The notes: generated by a model not told the origin, from the sequence alone. DNA of 64,000 nucleotides from Amoebidium appalachense (GCA_963693365.1 CAVNZM010000004.1:4714564-4778563); one strand, 5' to 3'; shown: positions 32,318 to 46,330, numbered from the stretch's first letter. Translations and numbers: made by a program.

Positions 32318-32950
32318 ACCTGTGTATGTGTGTGTCCGCGTGCTCGTGTGCGTGTGCGCGCGAGTGTGTGTGGATGCACACCTGCGCGCGTGTGTGTAGT
32401 GTGCTGAAATGGCATATGTGTTCGGTCTGGAGTTTTACGATGTCGAGATGTAGACGGTTCGGTGGGGATGGTTGCATCGGTATGTTTCTGGCAACAGACG
32501 AAAGCAGCAGCCGGACTCTCCACCAATCCACATGTGTTAAGCCAGAACTGGGACAGAATTTCCGCAATCGGATTGGATTTCGAAAATTTCCGGGTATGAG
32601 GAAAGGAATCGGCGAGTAAGCAAGCAAATGGGAAGAGAGACGCGGAGAGGGGCAGGGGGAGGGGGGAGGGGGGATGAGAGTGGAGGGGGTGTGCACTTAC
32701 AATAGTACGATCAACGAACCGCAATTCGCTTGACTGGTTCTTTGGTGTTATACTCCCCACCGTATGTTTAACCCCTCTTCTTTGCCGTATAACCTTATGC
32801 CTTTTTGTTCGTGTTCTTTCGACATGCTAACCAGGATGGAAATGCTTGGCAGGCTGAGGCAGCCATGGACGTTGTGCAGGGTTTGGACGTGCAGGGCAGA
32901 AAGCTGAGGGTAGAGTTCAAGCGCCATGGTGGGCAGAAGGCAAAGGCCGC

Positions 32951-33025
<75 letters not shown>

Positions 33026-33713
33026 CGTGGGCATATGTTTTGGTTTGGCGTCACGTGGGCGCCTGGTGTGCGTGCAAATGGATGCTTGCTGTATGCATGG
33101 GCACATGTACATGGTGATGAACTCTTCCGATCACTTCTTTTCACTACCTGTCCGGCACCCGCAAGCACGGGAGCATGGTGACACACATTAGCATCATTCA
33201 TACACACATGCATGCACGCCGCAGGCATGAATGCACACCCGTGCAAGCACGTCCGATTTCACTAGTGTGCACGAAGTCAGGCCTATCAGGTGCGATGGCC
33301 CTTTTGGACATGTGTGCACACAAACACACACACACACGTACATTACACATGAACACACAGGCAGACCAGCTGACAGCCGCATAGATGGGCTTCCACCACC
33401 GTGCACGCACAGGCCTATGGAGCTTTTCCCGCCAATGATTTTTGGGGTTGAAAACTTCGGTGTTAACTGTAATATCCCATTATGCATGAGGGATGTTATT
33501 GATCAAGCGGGGAGGGGGGGGGGGGGGGGGGGGGAGAAGGGGGGATAGTTTTGATTAGCTATCTGATGTGCTCTGTGTTGGGTCTTCAGAGGCCGATGTT
33601 CCACAAGAAGAGTTGGCACATATCAAGGAGCAACTGAAGCTGTTGAAAGAGGATGTATGTACCCCCCACTCTCACGTGCATGCGCGCACACGTGCACACG
33701 CACACACCCATGC

Positions 33714-33745
<32 letters not shown>

Positions 33746-34172
33746 ACACGTACACGTACTCATATGTACACCCGCGTGCTCTCATGTGGATACATGTGTG
33801 TGCACACACGGAGATGGGTGCTTGAGTCGCACACCTGCACGGAAGCCTGCAGGGACTGGAGCATCCATACATACACATTTATGTGCACAACACACACGCC
33901 AAGCCGTACACATGCCCACGCACACGCAAACACATACTCACACACACACACACACACACACACATGTACACGTACACGTACATGTATACACAAAGATGTG
34001 TGCTGTGCGAGCATCTTTACAGAATCACACCACTCCCCGCGCGTGAGCTTGCATAGCCACCCACCCTGTATCCCTTCACTTGTCATCGATTAGATTGTCT
34101 TGCGCACTACGGCGGCCACGCAGGCACAACTACACTCGCATGTGTACACGCACAATCACTCGTGCGCACAAG

Positions 34173-34234
<62 letters not shown>

Positions 34235-34462
34235 CACATGCATGCACACACACACCAAGAGCTGTGCATGAGCAGCGTGACAGCAAAAGGTGCGCACCTA
34301 CAATAAACGAGCACAGCCATTCATTTTGTGTCCGTTCACTTGTTACCTGATGGTTGGTGTAGTTTTTATGTATGTGTTTGCTGGCCTTTGATGAACCCGT
34401 GTGTGTTTTTCTGTGGTGGTGTGCAGGTCTGCCTGCCCGCCATATCGACCCTCCTCCTCCTG

Positions 34463-34505
<43 letters not shown>

Positions 34506-35750
34506 TCCCCACTCTCCCCTCCGACCTCCCCTGTTCATGCTTCGTTGCTATCCGTCTTGTATCTTTGTGGTTCATACCGTGCCCCTTCACATCTCCTTTC
34601 TCCAGCAGCCTACCCACCTTACTTTTCCACCCCTAAATATACACAACGAACGATTTTAGTGTTGGCACTTATCTCTTATAATGCTTTCTCCATCGGCCAG
34701 CTCCACATTGCGCGAACGTTGTCTCGTCCCCTCCTCCCTCCCTCCCCCCCCCCTCCCCCTCCCCTCCCCCTCCCCCCTGGAGTTCGCTGCTACTGTTTGT
34801 TTGTTTCCCTTTTTGGCAGTATGTTTCCCTTTTTGGCAGTATTCACTCACTCCAGGCACACATTACCGCACACACTCACCAGGATTTTGTTCATGCAGCC
34901 CACCGTTTCCGTGGTAGAGTTCCCCAGCACCTACTCCGTCAACACCCGCAAGTACATCCACCAGATGGCTGAGAAGATGGGCTTCACACACAGGAGCCAA
35001 GTGGGTTGGGCCTTGATGTGTGTGTGTGTGTAGTGTGTGTATGTCTGCACGTGTGTTTTGCTGTGTGGTTGTTTGCGAGCATGTATGTGTATGTGTGTGT
35101 GTGCATGCAGGCGCGCGCGCGTGCGCCCATGTTTGCGCGTATGTGCGCCTGTGCGCCTGCGTGCAATTGGTTATGTGTAGTGTGTGTATGTGTGTGTTGC
35201 CGTTGTTTTTTTTGTTTTTTTTTTATTTATTTTTATTTTTGGGGGGGGAGAGGGGGGGGGGGGGGGATGTTAGGATGTGTGGGTGGGTGAATAGGTGGGT
35301 GATAGTTGATTGTTGTGGTGGTTCAAGTGCTTCTTCTCTCTCGTTTTCTCTCTCTTCCTTTTTCTTTTTTGTTTTGTTTTAATTGTTTGGTTGTGGACGC
35401 CCTGAGGGGGAGGTGAAAACAAGACATTGTTCCTAGATCTCGGTGCTATAAAAGTTAGGGATGTAGGCAAAGCAGCCAGCATGCTCAGGTGATTTTCTTC
35501 CATTCTATGCAAATCGACCCCTTAACGACACCATAACTAAATTGGGTGTAGGGAGATGGTACCGATCGCTACATATCCGTGGAGAGACGGAGTCCAGACG
35601 AAGCCAAAGCGGCAAAGAAGTCAAAGGCCATCAACATCAGCATCAACGGCATGAAGGTGTGGCCCCATGCATCTCTCTCTCTCTCTCCCTCCCTCCCTCC
35701 CTCTCTCCCTCCCTCTCTCTCTCCCTCCCTCCCTCCCTCCCTCCCTCCCT

Positions 35751-35782
<32 letters not shown>

Positions 35783-35890
35783 GCATCTCTTTCTCTCTTT
35801 CTCTCTCTCCCTCCCTCCCTCCCTCCTTCCCTCCCTCCCTCCCTCCCCCTCTCCCTCTCTCCCTCCCCCCCCCCCCCCCCTCTCTCTCTC

Positions 35891-35965
<75 letters not shown>

Positions 35966-36110
35966 ATCTCTCTCTGCATCTCTCCCTCTCTCCCGTTCCT
36001 CACCTCCAACCTCTATATTCGTGCGCTCCCTGATGGTGTGTGGTGTTCAGCAGGCCCCAGCCCCTTCCCTCCCCCCCCCCCTCTTGGCCCTCTACACACA
36101 CACACACACG

Positions 36111-36145
<35 letters not shown>

Positions 36146-36840
36146 ACAAACACACACACATTCACAAACACACATTCATGCACACACACACCCCTCTAAG
36201 TGTTCTGGGCATGCACCTAGGCTCCTTGCCACCCCGATGCTAACCTTACGGCCATACGGTGTGTCACTTACTGAGTACACTAGAAAGTATACGTGGGTGT
36301 ACTTGAAAGTGAGTATAAAGAGAAGTATAGTTGGTAACCAACCTGGGGTTGGGGCTGGTTGCAGGAGAACGGTGCGGCATCATCAATCCCAGGCAGCTAC
36401 GACCACAGCCCAGGTGGGTGTTGTTGTCTCGTCGTTTTGTTTTTGTTGTTGTTATTTGATTTTTTGTTTTATGTTATTTTTATTATTTTTGATTGATTTT
36501 CGGAAGGGGGGTTTTTTTTTTTTGGAAGAGGGGGGGGGGGGGGCTGTTTGTGGATGTGGGTTTTAGAGGGAAGGAAAGGGTGCGGTGGGGGAAGGCCGGA
36601 GGCGGGGGGCCACTTTATCTCTGTGACTGTGTAGGTGGGTTGGTCGGTATAATTTTTTCGAGCATGGATACAAAATGTGCATGGGTGGATGTGTGTGTGT
36701 GTGTGTCAGAGAATTTGTGTGTGTGTGTGTGTGGTGGAAGTGTCTGCTGCTGGGGTTTGTGTCTGTGTGCCCATGTTCCGTATGGTAAGCTTTTTCAAGT
36801 ATCGACACTTGTGTGTTATGTGCTTCACAGTGCGTGTTCT

Positions 36841-36875
<35 letters not shown>

Positions 36876-37198
36876 TTAGTCCTCTGTAAGTTGAGGCGCG
36901 GGGGGGGGGGGGGGGGGGGGGTTAGTACGAGTAGGACGTCACCTGACTGTGTGCACACATCTGCAGCCGACCACATGGACATGGACATCCGGCTCAGTCA
37001 AAGCCTCAAGCCAAGGTGCGGGCAGTGGAGTCCTCACGTGACATCACACACAGACATATGCACATGCGCGCGCGCGCACACACACACACACACAATACAC
37101 ACACACACAGGACAGACACAAATACACGCTCAAACAAGCACACGCTCATGCACACATACACACGCTCATACACACACACGCTCACACACACACTCGCA

Positions 37199-37235
<37 letters not shown>

Positions 37236-37919
37236 CACGCGGAGCATGCACATGCACACACACACATGGTGGGGCACTCACATACATCCATGATCACATA
37301 AACGTGCACATACGAACATACCGGTGTACGCGCACACGCGTTATGTTTGTGTGTGTGGTGGTGGTTGGGGGAGGGGGGGGGGGGGGGGGAGGGGGAGGCA
37401 CTGGAAGTAGAACAAAATATGAACGAAAGGTTTTCTTTACTATCGACGATCCTCTCTCGAGTGCTAGAGGTACAAGATTGGGTGTTTGCTGTCTGCAAAC
37501 ATGCAGTATCCCCACGGCCTTACACCTGGTGCTCACAGGAGCAGCTTTGGTCGACACATGGGCACGTCTGTGGATGACCGGGGCCCCAGCCGCAGTTACG
37601 GCACATCTCTGTCTAACTCCTTTACTGATGGCAGCCCCATGCAGCGCCGCATGTGGAAGAGGTGTGTGTGTGTGTGTGTTGGGGGGGGGGGGGGGGGGGG
37701 GGGAGGGGGGGAGGGGGGAGGGGGGAGGGGGGGGGGGGGAATGTAAGCGGAGGGGTGTGGGTGTATGTGCGTGGGATGGGGGGGGGGGGGGTAGGTTTGT
37801 GGGTAGATGTGAGGATTGGTGGTGGCTTTGAAATACGAGTGCCATAGATACCGTTTGGTTTTGTGCAGTGGTGATGTGTGGGGCAGGAGTGGTTGGGGAG
37901 GATGGGGGAGGAAGAGGGT

Positions 37920-37967
<48 letters not shown>

Positions 37968-38982
37968 CTGCTTTCTCACATTAGATTGTTCTGGTGGTGT
38001 GTGTAGGATATCGTATGTTGTATGTTGTATCTCTTTGTGAGTGCCGGGCATAAGATGAAGAGAGGGGTCGTACACAGGGGGGGGGGGGGGGGGGGGGAGG
38101 GGGGAGACGCTGTTGACTAAGTGGAGCCACAGGAAGGAGAGTGGACCGACCTCTATGGGATCCATCCAGGTCATCCGGCAGCCAAAGGGCCCAGACGGCA
38201 CCAAGGTAGTGTGCACTCAGTACTTGGGTGGATGGGGGCGATGGCTAGTGTGTGCACACAGTAATGGGGTGGATGGGAGGGATGAGTGTGTGCACACAGT
38301 ACTTGGGTGGATGGGAGGGATAAGTGTGTGCACACAGTACTTGGGTGGATGGGGGCGATGGCTAGTGTGTGCACTCAGTACTAGGGTGGATGGGAGGGAT
38401 GAGTGTGTGCACACAGTACTTGGGTGGATGGGGGCGATGGCTAGTGTGTGCACTCAGTACTAGGGTGGATGGGAGGGATGAGTGTGTGCACACAGTAATT
38501 GGGTGGATGGCAGGATTGGTAGTATGTGCACACAGTAATTGGGTGGATGGGGGAGATGGGTATTGTGTGCACACAGTACGTAGGTGGATGGGGGGAGATG
38601 GGTAGTGTGTGCACACAGTGCTTAGGGGGTGGGGGGGGGGGGGAGGGGATGGGTAGTGTGTGCACACAGTGCTTAGGTGGGGGGGGGGGGGGGGGGGAAT
38701 GGGTAGTGTGTGCACCCACTACTTGTGTGATTGGTAGGGTGGGCATTGTGTGCACACAGTACTTGTGTATGTAGATCACAGCATGGGTTATGTGCATACA
38801 GTACTTGTGCAGTAGAATTAGATGACAGGATGGGTTGTATGCACGCAGTGCTTGTGTGTGGATGGGGGGATGGGTGGTACCAGGTGTGTGCACACAGTAC
38901 TTGGGTGGATGACAGAGTGGGGAGCTCGTGCACACGGTACTTGTGTGGGGTGTAGAGGGCGCCCCCGTGACAGGGGGAGGGT

Positions 38983-39014
<32 letters not shown>

Positions 39015-39459
39015 TGATGTGAATTTGGAACGGTATTTGGAATCCTGCGTATGCACCTTGTGCAGGGCCGGAATCTTTCTTCACTGGTAGTATAATAGTG
39101 GCACAAACAACAGAACAATATAAGTTGACCTTGCTCCCTTTGCTCAATGACGGATTGCATGCATTCAACAGGGCTTCACGTTGGCACGCACACTTACGGG
39201 AGATGACGTCAAGAACAAACGGAACTCCCTCAATCCTAACGCTAAGGTGCGTATTTTTATGGGTAGCGGGTTAGGTGTGTTTGAACTTTTTGGGCCATGA
39301 TAGTTGTGTTGGCCAGGATCCGTGGGGTTGAAGGCCTTGTGCACATTGTTGTAATGTGTTGGGTGAGTGGGAAGAAGGGCGTGTTGGTTTATGTAGGCAT
39401 GTGTTTGTGGTGTGCGTGTCTATGTAAGTGAGCGATAGGCGACCCTGTCACAATATATC

Positions 39460-39523
<64 letters not shown>

Positions 39524-39976
39524 GGGGGGGGGGGGGGGGGGAAGGGGAGGAACCACTGATACACCATGGACACCGCTGCCCTTGTACTGATCGCTGCTGT
39601 ATGCTGCAAATTGATAATTATAATTTGTGTGGGGATGGGGGTGTGTGGGTGGGTGGCAGGGCGTGTGCCTGGGCATTTGCTGTGTGTATGTGTGTGTGTC
39701 TGTGTCTGTGTCTGTGTGTGCGCGCGCCGTGCGCCGTGTGTGCTTGTGTGCCGTGCGCCGTGTGTGTACATGTCCTATGTGTGTATTCGTGTGATGTATG
39801 TCCATTTATGATCTACGACACTGTGAATATAGGACGGGAAGAAAGCAGTGGATCCAGGAAAATGCCATGCCTTTGTGTTGACATCTTACTGTTAGCCTAT
39901 ATATGTAAGTTGAATTTTGCTGTTAACCCATGCGTGTATGCAGGAATTCAGCATCCCGGTATCAGCACATTCCTGA
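29300..39976 (+). CDS. RRM + R3H RNA-binding protein (Pin4/Cip1/Cip2-like) with C-terminal SUZ-C and PAM2 motifs, ~434-442 aa; 15 exons: 29300-29405, 29808-29886, 30383-30519, 31427(or 31452)-31558, 32041-32142, 32853-32952, 33590-33654, 34899-35000, 35552-35656, 36365-36413, 36967-37015, 37539-37661, 38133-38205, 39172-39246, 39944-39976
   Basis: RRM: [10 protein letters not shown]...[18 protein letters not shown]...[13 protein letters not shown]3H: [43 protein letters not shown]: [16 protein letters not shown]2: SLNPNAKEFSIP. All introns are GT-AG with compatible phases, except an ambiguous exon 3/4 junction. Confidence 0.9.
38206..38945. repeat. Intronic minisatellite of 38-41 bp units starting at the splice donor
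   Basis: About 18 copies of GTGTGTGCACACAGTACTTGGGTGGATGGG plus a variable tail; 41- and 38-bp variants alternate near the start and the units decay distally. Confidence 0.92.
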
Positions 39977-41183
39977 ATGCGACACCACCCGCCCGCGCAG
40001 TGTGATGCCTTCACAACACACCTGATTATGGAAACATGTGGGAGTTCTTGCTTCGAATACTCGGCTATTCCCTTGAGTTCTTACACGACTTTCTTTTTGG
40101 AAGTAGACAGTTCATTATGATATAATATAATATATATATAGATATATAGATATATAGATATATCCACACTAGGTTCTTGCCTTGTCTCTCGTTGTTTTTT
40201 CTTTGTTGGTTTCTACGCATGTATGCTGTCACTGACGTTTCCAATACATCGTGTTGTTTTGAACTATACACCTAACTGGTTTTTTGATGGAGTTTTTTTT
40301 TTCTTTCAATTTGAATTTCGCTGGAACGGAAACTGGGCCTCTTAGAATAGTCTTGAGCAGAGGGTAACCTGTAGCTTTCGTAAATTTTCGTTATAATTTT
40401 TGGTTCGAATAGAAAGCTGGTAAACCTCTGCACTTTCCTTGATCTTTAACAACACAGTCGTGCTTGCAGATATGTTTTGTGTGTTTGCTATGCATATACT
40501 TCGGGTTCTAGCTTGCTACATGAATGTTATAATCTTAGCGCGAATTGTTTGTCGTAGCTTTCGGTGTTTGTTTGTTTGTGGTTGCTATACTCATGAAGGA
40601 GGTGTTGTTTAGTTCTGAGCTTGTTGGTTAGCGCTTTTGCTGAAATTCCGCTCTCTTCCTTTTCTTTCGTTCCTTATTCTTTTTTTCCTTTCTTTTCTAT
40701 TTGTGTCTATTTGTGTATCCACTTTTGGTTTGTTGTCGTGTGGAAGTTATGGTACTTGTTTCACAAGCGTGTTTCACACATCCCATTCATACGTTGCATT
40801 GTTCAGTTTAGAGATGTTTTAAACGACTATGCTGCTTTGTACGCTTTGTACGCCCAACTACATTCCAAATATCTTTTCATTCTCACTTTGCTGGAGAATC
40901 TTCAAACCTAAAACTGAAAAAAAGGGGGGGGGTAAGAAAAACCCCAAAACAAAGAAAGAAACACATAGCCCACTTTCCGATAGAGTTTTAGCTACCGCAC
41001 GTAGACTTTCGTCACGAGAAGAAAAATGGACCGTGTATCCGGTTGAGTGGCTAGAAACATGACTGGTCTGGGCTGTGCCCGGCAACCAATCAAACAAATG
41101 CAAGGGTGGGCCTGGTGCTCTACCGCATTCGCCAAAGATGTTGGTGTGCGCGAGTGCACGTGCACCAGATGTTAACCCCCCCC

Positions 41184-41214
<31 letters not shown>

Positions 41215-41289
41215 ACACACACATACACAAACGACAGCCACAACCCCGCACCTGCGCAACTGTTACAGTGTCATACCGTGAAACACAAA

Positions 41290-41346
<57 letters not shown>

Positions 41347-41426
41347 CACATGCACATGCACACACGTAAACAATCACTCACTTGCACTCTCGCTGAGGTG
41401 AAGACCCCTCGAGCTCCCCCCCCCCT

Positions 41427-41474
<48 letters not shown>

Positions 41475-41479
41475 GGAAA

Positions 41480-41522
<43 letters not shown>

Positions 41523-41566
41523 TTAATTAACCACACTGCGCGCGGGCCCAACAGTGTAATCCATAA

Positions 41567-41615
<49 letters not shown>

Positions 41616-41860
41616 GTCATGCACATGCCATTGGCATTGAGCACACCCGGCACTCATGACTCGCTAATTAAACCCCACACGTGCATCCATATATAAGGGA
41701 TTTTTGATGGATTTCTCCCACTGTTTTTGCTTGTTGTTCCCGAACACGTGTCTGCGACGGTGTTTGTGTTGGTTGGTGGTAGCGGCGGGGGCGGTGTGTC
41801 ACAGTGCCCGCGGCGTGGGTGTGTGTATCTGATATGTGTCCGTGCGTGTGTATGTGTTTT

Positions 41861-41918
<58 letters not shown>

Positions 41919-42542
41919 TATGTGTGTGTGCATGGGGACGGTACGCGTGGTGTAGGTTCTTGGTGTAACTAAGATTCGGCAGTGTGTGAAAATGACCGCA
42001 TTTGCCATGTGCATGTGGGATAGTCCACCTGAATATTCACTCACCTTGGTGTGAGCGGTTGTGGTTGTGTCTGTGTGTGTGTGACGTGCAGGTGTGTGTG
42101 TGTGTGTTTGTGTTCTTTAGGGAAGGGAGGGGGGGAGGGGAGGGGGGGAGGTGTGGCGGGGAAGGGAGTAGAACGGGATTTAATCCATGCTCTTACAAAG
42201 CGTGTACGTGTTATACAGTACAGGCAGGAGGTAGACTTGAATGTGGAACCGTGTACACACGTGGTTGATTTGGTTGAAAGAACTGCAACGTACATAGCTA
42301 GATGACAAGCACAAGCCAACTTGGCACACAGAGCAAACATCGATTTATAAGCACTGCGACAGAGGAACAAAAGAAAAGGAGGGGTGGGGTGGAATGGATG
42401 CCTCGGCGGAACGGCGGGGGGAGGGGGGGACGAGAGAGGGAGGGGGGGGGGAGGGGGGGGGGGGGGGGGGGGGGGGGGATATTTATTTTGAGGGGTCAAA
42501 CTGTAGGTAATCCGGAATGGGGCGACATTGTGTGCGTGTGTG

Positions 42543-42582
<40 letters not shown>

Positions 42583-42614
42583 AATGAGGGGGGGGGGAGA
42601 GGGGGGGGGGGGGG

Positions 42615-42679
<65 letters not shown>

Positions 42680-42920
42680 GGGGGGGGGGAAGGGGGGGAG
42701 AAGAGGGAGAGAATTTTAATAGGGACAGGGGGAGAGAAAGAGAGAGATGTTTTCACAACAACTCGGCACAATCGGATACAGCAGCTCGATATTTATTATG
42801 TAGCAACACGGCAATCATGCACTTCTGCCCGATTCTCTGATAGCATTCGTTGTACATCACTCAACGTGCCGTATTAAATGCAACGGAAAAAACAACATAA
42901 CGAAAATAATGATGTTCTAA

Positions 42921-43951
42921 GGGCCTGTTTGGTAGCGCGCTAAATACGGTTTTTTATCGTATTCGTATTTAGGGCCTAAATACGATACGATCCCGTGGCA
43001 TGCCAAACACGCCGCGGGCTTTTATTTTTTGTAAATACGATAGGGATCGCTTTTATATCGTATTTACGAAAATCACCTCCGGAGGTGATTTTCCTAAATA
43101 CGATATAGGAAATTAGCCAATCAGAGCATTTCGCATCATTTATTGGCTATCAGCTAGCCAATGGTACAGCGAAAGCCGCGGAGGGCACATTTTTACAACA
43201 GTACGCATGCCATCGCGGCGCATGCACGTGAACAATTCACTGTTAAAAAGAAGGTCGGTGTCATACACGTCATTTTGTGTACATGCTCAGTTAAAATTGG
43301 CACATGAATTTGGGCTGCACAGGTAAGACAGAGGACGAGGAACCCTACACGGTGCATGATCACAAGCTCAGACTGTATATATATATATATATGCCATAAT
43401 AATCATTGAAACAATACTGGACTCCGATATATGCATTAATAAAAACAATCAAATGTACATGTACAAACAACTCGGTGAACATGCAGGCACCACGAGTACT
43501 GCATCGACAAGGACAAATTTTAACACTCACTATGTGTTCAGATATGTGGGGAATGCCAGGGACGAACGTTGGTGATGTAAAACGAGGTCTCTAGCAAGGC
43601 TAGCTACCGCAATTACTGGCAGTATCCCTTCAATAACAGACATTCTAACCTATTGTTAAACGGAGCAAGGCTCACTGTCGGTGACTCGTTTTTGCCGTTC
43701 GCTGTATGTAATACTGACTACAGCTGCACCAGCCTATATGCATGGAATACCGAAGGGTGCGAATAGGGCCAATCAGATCTCGTGAACATGTATCGACATT
43801 TTATGTGACCAGTCACGCCTGACAGCGTTTGGAAGGCACCAACCGTATTTAGGCCCTAAATACGCATACCACGATAAATTTTGTAAATACGGTAGATCGT
43901 ATTTAGGGCCTAAATACGAATACGATTATTGGGGTGCTGCCAAACAGGCCC
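42921..43951. mobile_element. Non-autonomous PIF/Harbinger (Tourist-like) MITE, 1031 bp
   Basis: TIRs GGGCCTGTTTGG...CCAAACAGGCCC, a 3-bp TAA TSD on both sides (42918-42920, 43952-43954) and subterminal palindromic CGTATTTAGG(G/C)CCTAAATACG repeats in both arms. No coding capacity. Confidence 0.92.
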
Positions 43952-44046
43952 TAAACGTTAGCCTATGTACTCAGAACTCTGCCCATATCATGAATACTAT
44001 GCGGCATGTTTTGCTGGGAAAGTTTTCGTTATATTAATTAGCAGCA

Positions 44047-45330
44047 TCAATCACACCCGACAGTCTCCGTTGATATATCCACACGTACATCGGTGTCACT
44101 CTTCACATCTCCATATCCACAGTTGCTGTTCTTTGACCTTTTTACAGCCATAAACGCAATCAGGGCCACAAACGCTACCAGTATTCCCCCCGCAGCCAAC
44201 CCCGCCACTGTGTTCTTGCTCTGCCACCGCCAACAATGGCCGGTGCCTCCACAGGGGAATTCGCACTGCGAGCTACCATAACATGGGGTAGGCCTAGGTC
44301 GCTGTTTGTGGTCACGATGCCCATATCATCGGCCGCACCAGCCGGGGCAACCGCGGCACGTCTCCACGTACCATGCGGAGGGCGCCTGTTGGCGAGAGGC
44401 TCGACTGGGCCCGGGGGTGCGGGTAGTTTGGCAGGCTCGGCCGGTGGAACGGGCAGGACAAAAGCGCGGGCAGCAGGGCCATTGGGAGCCATGGCAGGTG
44501 TCACGGCTGCGGCCGGGGCAGCGCTAGCAGCGGGAGCAGCATGGAGGTCCAAAGCGGCTGGGACTGCAGGTACAGCTGAGGCGGCGCGGGGCAGTATCTG
44601 AAGTGGTGTATTGGCACCCGCGGTAGGGGCAGTGGCAAGGGGCTGCGCCAGGCACAGCCCGTGCAGGTCTTGAGGCGACCGGTTGAAGCATAAACTGTAT
44701 ACCCGCAGGGGCAGAATCGGGGTGTGGTGGGGGCATCGCCCTTGAGGTGACCGGTTGAGGCCTTTTACTCCATTCCCGCAGGGACAGAATCGAGGGGTGG
44801 TGGGGGCATCGTGCTGATGATGGGACTGGAGGCTGCGCTGGGCAGAGCACTTGAGGCGACCGTTTGAAGCCTAATCTCTATTTTCGTAGGGCCAGAATCG
44901 TGGGGTGGTGGGGGCATCGCCCTTGGAGGCGACCGGTTGAAGCCTAAACTGCATATGCATTTCCGCAGGGACAGAATCGGGTGGTGGAGTTGCCATCATG
45001 CTGGTCACGGGAATATGAGGCATCGTTGCTGCTGCTGCCATTCTGCATATTTAGTTGAATAATTTAATCGAGGGGCGGGGAGCGAATATGGTGGGTTGCG
45101 TGCAGTTGGAGATTTTGAGCAGGATACTGTTTGCAGTGTTGTGTACTGTTGATCCTGTGTGGCGAATGACTGACCTGGTCACCTCGATTCAACTCTCTTA
45201 GTATCCGAACTGCGATCTTCAGCGTGAGCCAATGAGCGATCAGATGCTGAACGATTCGACGGATTCGTCAAGTCTTGGAATGTGCTTTCAGGGGCTGAAA
45301 TGTTTTTGAGGCAACTTGGGGGTCTTGCTG
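44047..45330 (-). pseudogene. Decayed Pro/Ala-rich, mucin-like single-pass membrane protein gene
   Basis: Phase-compatible intron 45043-45182, four ~22-aa repeats (PPPDSxPAxMQFRLQPVAS) and an Ala/Pro-rich stalk. These are followed by the TM segment TVAGLAAGGILVAFVALIAFMAV-KRSK and a short tail ending at TGA 44047. The model needs about 3 frameshifts and one in-frame stop (~44765). Confidence 0.6.
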
Positions 45331-45827
45331 TACACTTGCCTTAGTCTCGGCAGCACCTCATACTGCCTTAGTCTCGGCTTGCTCTAGAGCATACCGTCAT
45401 CTGGATCTGCTTGTGAGTTTGTGACTCACAGCTCAGCCTCGTCCTACTGGTTCGCGCGATAAACATACCAGGGTTCGATATTTTTAGGTCCCTGACTGAG
45501 GATCGGATGAGGGTACTGTACAAGTGCCAGAGGACTGGTGTTGAGTGCTTTGACATGCATACAAAAAAAATGTGTGACAACACTGTTTCCGGGCCGGCAA
45601 CTCCAAATTAGATTCTGTTTCTTATCCCTCCCTCCCCCTTTATATGTCTTATGCTTTTGGACACGAGTTCCTCGGAGTGTGTCTCTCTCTCTCTCTCTCC
45701 CCTCCCCCCCCCCCCTCCCCCTCCCCCTCAAAAACCACTTAACTGTCACCACCACCACCACGACCACGACCCATCCACCCCCGGAAGTCTTTATCTAGCT
45801 TCCCCCCTCCCCCTCCCCCCCCTGTCA

Positions 45828-46330
45828 CAGGAAATTTTTGCACCGGGAAATTTTTGCAGTGAAGTTTGATATAATAATTGATTTGTCGTGTCAACGGGTT
45901 TTAACTGGGTGTTCTCGTGCTCATTGATCTTGTTAGCATTCAAATATGATGAGCACGTTTCTAATAGCTGTTTTTGTTTTGTTTCTAGCATTTTTTTTTG
46001 GGCAACCAAAAAAAGTCAGCTTCATGTCCCCCTAAACCCCCCGTTACGGCGTAACGGAGGGGGGGGGGAGAGGGGGAGGAGGGGGGAGGGGGGGGGGGGG
46101 AGGGGGGGGGAAGATCAAGTGCAAGCTGGAGTCAATTTTCGGCTCGATATTGTTATCAATAGAGAGCTGAAATCCTACAGAGAAACACATAACCACCTTA
46201 ACAGGACAAAAGGTATTCAGAAAAACAGAACAGAGAAAGAACACCATTCCGAACGTGGTTAGGTAGCCTCTTTTTATACAGTCTAGGGAGACAATGCAGT
46301 GTAAAAATTTCCCGGTGCAAAAATTTCCTG
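45828..46330. mobile_element. ~500 bp MITE-like element with 34-bp inverted repeats
   Basis: CAGGAAATTTTTGCACCGGGAAATTTTTGCAGTG at 45828 versus its reverse complement at 46297-46330 (2 mismatches). TSD not resolved. Confidence 0.75.

Noticed and set aside
38206-38945. Second CRISPR-like array with a palindromic repeat
   Set aside because: The variable parts are only ~8-11 nt and recur, and the array lies inside a spliceosomal intron.
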